32,000 nucleotides of DNA from Pseudomonas aeruginosa (lineage in GTDB: Bacteria; Pseudomonadota; Gammaproteobacteria; Pseudomonadales; Pseudomonadaceae), in assembly GCF_001457615.1 (NCBI RefSeq), contig NZ_LN831024.1, positions 4,080,001 to 4,112,000 on the forward strand. The letters are read 5' to 3'. Of this stretch, positions 26,888 through 32,000 are shown piece by piece. Both the position numbers and the translations under genes were made by a program. Below the pieces are notes generated by a model. It made no database searches and was not told the origin of the DNA. It saw nothing but the letters and a program-made list of their open reading frames with translations. Each line of letters begins with the position of its first letter. The first letter of the stretch is position 1.

Positions 26888-27949
26888 ATGAAGAAGCTCA
26901 GCGGAATAATCGTCCTCCTGCTGGCTGGCGCGGCTCTTTACCTGGCCCTGAAGACCAGCCCGATCGACCCGCTCGCCTGGGATGCTCCGGCCGCTCCGCA
27001 GATGACCGGGGTCCTCGAACCCAACGACACCCTGATGAAGGCCGAGCTGCTTGGCCAGGGCCAGTTGCACGGCCCCGAGGACACCGCCGTGGACAGCCAG
27101 GGCCGCGTCTATGCCGGTCTCGCCGACGGCCGCGTGGTACGCCTGGACGCCAGCGGCAAGGTCGAGACCTTCGTCGACACCGGCGGCCGCCCGCTGGGCA
27201 TGGACTTCGATGCCGCCGGCAACCTGATCCTCGCCGATGCCTGGAAAGGCCTGCTGCGCATCGATCCGCAGGGCAAGGTGGAAACCCTCGCCACCGAGGC
27301 CGACGGTGTCCCCTTCGCCTTCACCGACGACCTCGACATCGCCAGCGACGGCCGCATCTACTTCAGCGACGCTTCCAGCAAGTTCCACCAGCCCGACTAC
27401 ATCCTCGACCTGCTCGAGGCCCGACCGCACGGCCGCCTGCTGCGCTACGACCCGTCCACCGGCAAGACCGAGGTGCTGCTCAAGGACCTGTACTTCGCCA
27501 ATGGCGTGGCACTCTCGGCAAACGAGGACTTCGTACTGGTCAACGAGACCTACCGCTATCGCATCACCCGCTACTGGCTGAAAGGCGAGAAGGCTGGCCA
27601 GCACGAGGTGTTCATCGACAACCTGCCGGGCTTGCCGGACAACCTCCAGGGCGACCGCAAGGGTACCTTCTGGGTGGCCCTGCCGACCCCGCGCAAGGCC
27701 GACGCCGACTTCCTCCACCGGCATCCCTGGCTGAAGGCGCAGCTGGCCAAGCTGCCGCGCATGTTCCTGCCCAAGCCGACCGCCTACGGGCTGGTCATCG
27801 CCATCGACGAACAGGGCAGGATCGTCCGCAGCCTGCACGACACCAGCGGCCACCACCTGCGCATGATCACCTCGGCGAAGCCGGTGGGCGACCAGCTCTA
27901 CTTCGGCAGCCTGGAAAACGATCGGATCGGCCGTCTGGCGATTCCCTGA
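26888..27949 (+). CDS. strictosidine-synthase-like / SMP-30-gluconolactonase-fold beta-propeller protein with N-terminal membrane anchor or signal
   Basis: Track ORF trimmed to the ATG at 26888, which has AAGGGA 5 nt upstream, giving 353 aa. The N-terminus is MKKLSGIIVLLLAGAALYLAL. GRLLRYDPSTGKTEVLLKDLYFANGVALSANEDFVLVNETYRYRITRYWLKGEKAG matches the Str_synth / APMAP-type motif. Confidence 0.8.
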   Translation: MKKLSGIIVLLLAGAALYLALKTSPIDPLAWDAPAAPQMTGVLEPNDTLMKAELLGQGQLHGPEDTAVDSQGRVYAGLADGRVVRLDASGKVETFVDTGGRPLGMDFDAAGNLILADAWKGLLRIDPQGKVETLATEADGVPFAFTDDLDIASDGRIYFSDASSKFHQPDYILDLLEARPHGRLLRYDPSTGKTEVLLKDLYFANGVALSANEDFVLVNETYRYRITRYWLKGEKAGQHEVFIDNLPGLPDNLQGDRKGTFWVALPTPRKADADFLHRHPWLKAQLAKLPRMFLPKPTAYGLVIAIDEQGRIVRSLHDTSGHHLRMITSAKPVGDQLYFGSLENDRIGRLAIP

Positions 27950-27962
27950 AAAAGCCGAGGCG

Positions 27963-27989
27963 AAAAAAAGCCCGGCGCAAGCGTCGGGC
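27963..27989 (-). terminator. intrinsic-terminator-like hairpin plus U7 oriented on the minus strand, with no annotated minus-strand gene upstream of it
   Basis: The plus strand reads AAAAAAA-GCCCGGCG-caag-CGTCGGGC. On the minus strand this is a hairpin of 5 GC pairs at the base, one A.C mismatch and 2 more pairs, followed by UUUUUUU and then GCCUCGGCUUUUU. On the plus strand the stem is 8 bp with one G.U pair but has no U-tract. Confidence 0.5.
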
Positions 27990-28249
27990 CAAGCCAATCG
28001 GACAAGCGTCCCGAGGGATAGAACACAGGAGCGGGTATCTCGGAACGAGCCGATTCTGCATGTCTGGACAAATCCCCCGCTGCCGGGCGAGGCTGATGAC
28101 CGAGTAGGAATCTTCCTCGCCTGGAGCCAGCCCTTTCCTTTCGCCATTTCTCCGCCTCGCCGCGCGACGCCGGGATGACGCGACGCGGTCCAAGGGGCAT
28201 GATCCACCCATTCGCCACCGGCTTTGCTTCCCGACCCAAGGAGTCCGCG

Positions 28250-29104
28250 ATGTCGTCCGCCCAACTGCTGACCGCGCAACAACTGGCCGCCCGCCTCAGC
28301 GAACCCGACCTGCTGGTCCTCGACTGCCGTTTCGCCCTCGAAGACCCGTCCTACGGTGCCCGCGTCTATCAGGAGAACCACATTCCCGGCGCGCATTTCG
28401 CCGACCTCGAACGGGATCTTTCCGCTCCCGTGCGCAAGGGCGTGACCGGTCGCCATCCGCTGCCGGATCCCGCCGAGCTAGCGCTCAAGCTACAAGCCTG
28501 GGGCCTGCGCCAGGATAGCCAGGTGGTGCTCTACGACGACGGCCCCGGCGCATTCGCCGCCCGCGCCTGGTGGCTGTTGCATTGGCTGGGCAAGCGCGAT
28601 GGGGTCTACCTCCTCGATGGCGGCCTGGCGGCCTGGAAGGCTGCGGGGCTGGCACTGACCAATGGCGAAAGCAGTCTTCGACCCGGCGATTTCCAGGGCC
28701 AGCCCGATGCCTCGCTGCTGATCGACGCCGCCACCCTCCAGGCCCAACTGGGCCAACCCGGACTGGCGCTGCTCGATGCTCGCGCGCAGCCGCGCTTCCG
28801 TGGCGAAGTCGAGCCCATAGATCCGGTCGCCGGGCACATTCCCGGTGCCCAGTGCGCCGCCTTCACCGACAACCTTGGCAGCGACGGCCGCTTCCTTCCG
28901 CCGGAACAATTGCACCAGCGGTTCTCCGCCCTGTTGCGCGGTCGCCCGGTGGACGAGCTGGTCGCCTACTGCGGCTCCGGCGTCACCGCCTGCCACAACC
29001 TGTTCGCCCTGAGCCTCGCCGGCTTCCCGCTTCCGCGCCTCTACGCCGGCTCGTGGAGCGAGTGGATCACCGACCCGCGCCGCCCGGTCGCCACCGGCGA
29101 CTGA
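28250..29104 (+). CDS. sseA: 3-mercaptopyruvate sulfurtransferase (tandem rhodanese domains)
   Basis: Track ORF trimmed to the ATG at 28250, which has AAGGAG 6 nt upstream, giving 284 aa. It has two rhodanese domains. The active-site loop YCGSGVTACH is the CG[ST]GVT form typical of MST rather than the CRKGVTA form of thiosulfate sulfurtransferases. Confidence 0.87.
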   Translation: MSSAQLLTAQQLAARLSEPDLLVLDCRFALEDPSYGARVYQENHIPGAHFADLERDLSAPVRKGVTGRHPLPDPAELALKLQAWGLRQDSQVVLYDDGPGAFAARAWWLLHWLGKRDGVYLLDGGLAAWKAAGLALTNGESSLRPGDFQGQPDASLLIDAATLQAQLGQPGLALLDARAQPRFRGEVEPIDPVAGHIPGAQCAAFTDNLGSDGRFLPPEQLHQRFSALLRGRPVDELVAYCGSGVTACHNLFALSLAGFPLPRLYAGSWSEWITDPRRPVATGD

Positions 29105-29117
29105 CGCCATACGCTCG

Positions 29118-29137
29118 GACGCGGCTTACGCCGCGTC
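29118..29137 (+). terminator. hairpin GACGCGGC-ttac-GCCGCGTC between convergent sseA and hydrolase genes
   Basis: Perfect 8-bp stem starting 13 nt after the sseA stop. The loop and 3' arm overlap the stop and last codons of the minus-strand hydrolase gene. There is no U-tract, so function is uncertain. Confidence 0.3.
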
Positions 29138-29965
29138 GGGCAGCTTCCTGAAGTAGTCGAGCAACTCCTTCTGCAACGCCTCGTTGCGGAACAGCCCGAA
29201 ATGCCCGACTGCCCCCTCGGCCCGTCCCTTGCGACGCAACTCCAGGTGCGCCGCGGCATAGACCTGGTGAAGCTTTTCCGCCGCAGCCCACGGCACGTAG
29301 TCGTCGTCCTCGAACAGGAAGCTGGCGACGGGGATGTCCAGCGCCTCGTAACCCTGCCGCTGCAATCCGAAGCGCGGTGCCAGGAGGTAGTCCGGCTGCC
29401 GCACCCAGCGCGCCCAGTCGCGCATGAAATGACTCGGCATATCCAGGCTGCCGAGGCCGAAGAAACGACTGGGAAAGCGTCGGAGCAGTCCGGTCAGTAG
29501 CGGCACCGCTACGCAGAACAGGCCGAACATCTGCCAGCGCTGCCTGCCTCGCCAGCGCCTCCAGTACGGAAACGAACCGGCGACGAACGCGGCGCCGCTC
29601 AATCCGCTGGCCTGACCAGCCAGACCGAGCAACTGCGCGCCGATGCTGTGGCCGACGAAATAGCGCGGTAGCTCCGGCGCGCGCGCTCGGCACCAGGCCA
29701 GCGCCGCATCGATGTCCTCGCGTCCCCAGTCGGCCAGGCGATAGCTAGCCACGGCAGGGTCGTCGCCTTCGCTGCCGCGGTAGCTGAACAACAGCACCTC
29801 GTAGCCGGAAGCCGCGGCCAGGACGGCGAAGCGCTGGTAGAAGGCGCGCCTGACGCCGAGCGCGCAGGCCACCACGATGCTCCCCTGCGCATCGCCGACG
29901 GCCGGGAAGTGGTCGCCGGCCAGGCGCACACCGTCACGGCAGGCGATCTCCACTGCGGTACTCAT
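29126..29965 (-). CDS. alpha/beta-fold hydrolase
   Basis: Track ORF 29126..30697 trimmed to the ATG at 29965, which has AAGGAGAG 5 nt upstream, giving 279 aa. It has the nucleophile elbow GHSIG. The upstream 244 codons of the track ORF are antisense to the TetR gene. Confidence 0.8.
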   Translation of the reverse strand: MSTAVEIACRDGVRLAGDHFPAVGDAQGSIVVACALGVRRAFYQRFAVLAAASGYEVLLFSYRGSEGDDPAVASYRLADWGREDIDAALAWCRARAPELPRYFVGHSIGAQLLGLAGQASGLSGAAFVAGSFPYWRRWRGRQRWQMFGLFCVAVPLLTGLLRRFPSRFFGLGSLDMPSHFMRDWARWVRQPDYLLAPRFGLQRQGYEALDIPVASFLFEDDDYVPWAAAEKLHQVYAAAHLELRRKGRAEGAVGHFGLFRNEALQKELLDYFRKLPDAA

Positions 29966-30045
29966 TCGCGCTCTCCTTTGCCGTGTGGGTTCGAGCAGCC
30001 GTGACGGACGCAATGCTCGACGGATCGCCAGGCGTGCTAGCATGA

Positions 30046-30062
30046 ACATACCGACGGTATGT
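30046..30062. promoter_or_regulatory. candidate TetR operator: perfect 17-bp palindrome ACATACCG-A-CGGTATGT
   Basis: Read directly. It lies 14 nt upstream of the TetR ATG, just before its AAGG SD, and 80 nt upstream of the divergent hydrolase ATG. Confidence 0.55.
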
Positions 30063-30076
30063 AAGAAGGCAACAGT

Positions 30077-30670
30077 ATGAATGTCAAGAGCAGGCAGCAG
30101 GAAAATGCCGAGGCGACCCGCGAGGCACTGCTGGAAAGCGCCCTCTCCGCCTTCATCGAACATGGCTATGGCGGAGTCTCCATCGACGCCATCGCCCGCG
30201 AGGCGCGCGTGACCAAGGGCGCGTTCTACCACCACTTCGGCAGCAAGCAGGAACTGCTCGCCGAATGCTACGAACGCCAGGTACGGACGATCGCCGAGGA
30301 CCTGGACAGGGTGCCGGCGCATGTCGACAAGTGGGCGGAGGCCGCCGCACTGGCCGAGGCCTTCATCGACAGCGTGATGGCGCGCGGCAAGCGGCAACTG
30401 TCGCTGCAGGAGGTGATCACGGTCGTCGGCTGGGAGCGATGGAAACGCATCGACTCGCGCCACACGCTGCGCTACGTCGGGCGCCTGGTGGACGAACTGG
30501 CGGCCAGTGGCGAACTCAAGGACTACCGCCGGGAAACCCTGGTCGGCCAGCTCTACGGCTTCCTTACCCAGGCCGCGATGAGTCTTCGCGATGCACGCAA
30601 CAAGCGGCAAGCGGCCAATGAAGTGAAAGCCATCATCCGCGACTTCCTCTACAGCCTGCGCAGGGGCTGA
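30077..30670 (+). CDS. TetR/AcrR-family transcriptional regulator
   Basis: 197 aa. The HTH is ALSAFIEHGYGGVSIDAIAREARVTKGAFYHHFGSKQELL. It is divergent from the hydrolase. Confidence 0.9.
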   Translation: MNVKSRQQENAEATREALLESALSAFIEHGYGGVSIDAIAREARVTKGAFYHHFGSKQELLAECYERQVRTIAEDLDRVPAHVDKWAEAAALAEAFIDSVMARGKRQLSLQEVITVVGWERWKRIDSRHTLRYVGRLVDELAASGELKDYRRETLVGQLYGFLTQAAMSLRDARNKRQAANEVKAIIRDFLYSLRRG

Positions 30671-30891
30671 GAATGCCGCCCAGCACAAGCGAAGCAAGGA
30701 CGCGCCGGTTTAATTTCCAGCGGGCATATCAGCTGTTCTCTAAAGCTGGAAACAATTTAAAAACAGTCCTTTACAGCTGACTTGTTTCACTACACTTCAA
30801 ATCAAGCGGCTAAGTCCGCTATCGGCGGGGCCATCGGAATAGAAGCTGCCAAACTGCCCGGCCCCGCCGATCCACCTTGCGCGAGGCCGTC

Positions 30892-31371
30892 ATGGGTATT
30901 TCCGCCAACGATCTTTGCCAGCACGTGATACGCCCGACCCTGGACTACCTGTCCTGCCACAGCCCCGCCGCCGAAGCGCTGCTGCTGGGCGCGGCGGCCT
31001 GCCAGTCGGCGCTGGGGAGCGCCCTCGACGACCGCCGTGGCCACGGCCTGTACCGGATCGCCAGCGAACGCCACCAGCAGCTCTGGGACCAATACCTGGC
31101 GCTGGACCCGGAGCGCGCCAGCCGGGTCCGCGGCCTGGCCAGCCAGCATGCCTTCCTCGCCGCGCCGCACCTGGAACTGACGGTGAACCTGCGCTACAGC
31201 ACGGCCATCGCCTGGTCGCTGGTGGAAGCCGCGCGACTGCCACTGCCCGACCAGCACGACCACCTCGCCCAGGCTCGCGTGTGGCGCCAGGTATTCCAGC
31301 CGCACGGTCGCCTGCACGAGTTCATCGACGCCTGGCAACGCTGCATCGGCAGCCTCAGCCAGGTCGCCTGA
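30892..31371 (+). CDS. hypothetical protein (no family recognised)
   Basis: The track ORF starts at a TTG (30877). I prefer the ATG at 30892, which has GAGG 5 nt upstream, giving 159 aa. GC3-rich codon usage is consistent with real coding sequence. There is no signal peptide or TM segment. Confidence 0.6.
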   Translation: MGISANDLCQHVIRPTLDYLSCHSPAAEALLLGAAACQSALGSALDDRRGHGLYRIASERHQQLWDQYLALDPERASRVRGLASQHAFLAAPHLELTVNLRYSTAIAWSLVEAARLPLPDQHDHLAQARVWRQVFQPHGRLHEFIDAWQRCIGSLSQVA

Positions 31372-31486
31372 CGGCGAATGGAAAAATCCCGCGTCCGAAA
31401 CAGACCAACCGGTCAGAAAATTTTTTACATACAGACACGAACGGTTGCGCTACCTTCGCTTCACTGGCACCGGAGCCAACCGCTCT

Positions 31487-31513
31487 GTTCCGCACCCTGC
31501 GGAACTTCGGAAC
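31487..31513. promoter_or_regulatory. GTTCCGC-accct-GCGGAAC palindrome followed by a third CGGAAC half-site, upstream of the FadL-family gene
   Basis: The arms are a perfect 7 bp (31487..31505), and CGGAAC repeats at 31508..31513. The element lies 64 to 90 nt upstream of the ATG at 31577. It is a candidate regulator binding site, with no known motif assigned. Confidence 0.35.
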
Positions 31514-31576
31514 ACTGGCGCCGGTCTGGGAATCTTGGTAGTTTGCGCGCCGTTATACACAGGAGTTGCTCCAACA

Positions 31577-32000
31577 ATGAAAACAATATGGTTTAAAACC
31601 TCTCTCGCACTGACCATTAGCGCTGTCTCCACCTACACCCTCGCCAACGGCATCGCCATCAACGAACAGAGCGCCAGCGGCGCCGGCACCGCCTACGCCG
31701 GCCGCGCCTCGTCCGCGCTCGATGCCAGCACCATCTACGGCAACCCGGCCGGCCTGTCCAAGCTGAAACGCACCGAAGTCAGCGGCGGTCTGGCCATCGT
31801 CAAGGCCAAGGACGACATCAGCCAGGCCCACAGCACCGCCCAGGGCAGCAACAAGGGCGACTCGGTACCGCTGGCCGCCGTACCGTTCGGCTACTTCTCC
31901 ACGCCGATCAACGAAGATTTCACTTTCGGCCTGGGCATCTACGTGCCCTACGGCATCATCAACGATTACGAAAACGGCTTCATGGGCAGCTCCCACGGCT
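31577..32000 (+). CDS. FadL/TodX-family outer-membrane long-chain fatty acid (hydrophobic compound) transporter, 5' part; the gene runs off the right edge
   Basis: This ORF is absent from the ORF track because it is open at the window edge. My own translation is MKTIWFKTSLALTISAVSTYTLANGIAINEQSASGAGTAYAGRASSALDASTIYGNPAGL... It has a signal peptide, and the N-E-x-S-x-S-G-x-G-x-A-Y-x-G motif matches the E. coli FadL N-terminus. AGGAG lies 11 nt upstream. The 147-aa track ORF on the opposite strand is its shadow. Confidence 0.88.
   Translation, partial: MKTIWFKTSLALTISAVSTYTLANGIAINEQSASGAGTAYAGRASSALDASTIYGNPAGLSKLKRTEVSGGLAIVKAKDDISQAHSTAQGSNKGDSVPLAAVPFGYFSTPINEDFTFGLGIYVPYGIINDYENGFMGSSHG

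Noticed and set aside
27867-28239. Two overlapping minus-strand ORFs (113 and 114 aa) in the gap upstream of sseA
   Set aside because: They are Arg-rich and low-complexity, they read straight through the terminator hairpin and into the 3' end of the upstream gene, and they have no SD. If the minus strand is transcribed here it is more likely non-coding.
28175-28249. 25-codon in-frame N-terminal extension of the sulfurtransferase
   Set aside because: There is no SD before 28175, whereas AAGGAG sits 6 nt before the ATG at 28250. The rhodanese domain alignment begins at MSSAQLLTAQQLA.
29966-30697. N-terminal extension making the alpha/beta hydrolase a 523-aa protein
   Set aside because: The extra 244 codons are antisense to the well-supported TetR gene and cross the operator region. 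The ATG at 29965 has AAGGAGAG at ideal spacing.
31465-31479. Sigma-54 promoter candidate (TGGCACcggagCCAA) upstream of the FadL-family gene, with a second TGGCGC at 31516
   Set aside because: The -24 element is good, but the -12 position reads CCAA (0 of 4 against TTGC). The second site reads TGGG (2 of 4). Neither is credible as an RpoN promoter.

Overview
High-GC gammaproteobacterial chromosomal DNA, almost certainly Pseudomonas aeruginosa. From memory (no search run) the gene order matches PAO1 PA1321 down to PA1288, read in inverted orientation. I call 34 protein-coding genes, two of them truncated by the window edges. There are no rRNA or tRNA genes, no CRISPR array, no integrase, transposase or phage genes, and no obvious compositional island. 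Left to right: cyoABCD(E) cytochrome bo3 quinol oxidase (minus strand); a DHA2 MFS pump with a divergent TetR regulator; an MFS plus NTF2-like gene pair with a divergent LysR regulator; phnWX phosphonatase genes with a divergent LysR regulator; a tightly packed HIT / class-II amidotransferase / small membrane protein operon; oligopeptidase B followed by a short signal peptidase I paralog; the hxuI-hxuR-hxuA ECF sigma / anti-sigma / TonB-dependent transducer (heme cell-surface signalling); ycgN; an RcnR-type metal sensor divergent from a His-rich CDF exporter; a 2-hydroxyacid dehydrogenase; rnd-ycgL; a strictosidine-synthase-like protein; a 3-mercaptopyruvate sulfurtransferase; an alpha/beta hydrolase with a divergent TetR regulator; a hypothetical protein; and the 5' end of a FadL-family porin. 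This is ordinary core genome, and I found no convincing new multi-gene system such as a defence island. The observations most worth a second look are small or non-coding. They are a 14-codon SD-led uORF whose stop overlaps the cyoA start, a Fur-like palindrome filling the spacer of an ECF-type promoter in front of hxuA, an RcnR operator and H-C-H-H fingerprint next to the CDF gene, a (GACCAC)5 coding microsatellite, an intrinsic terminator oriented against both flanking genes in a 300-bp gap, and two TetR operators that share the core ACCGACGGT. All coordinates and motif matches were read by hand. All homology statements rest on recognised sequence motifs, not on searches.
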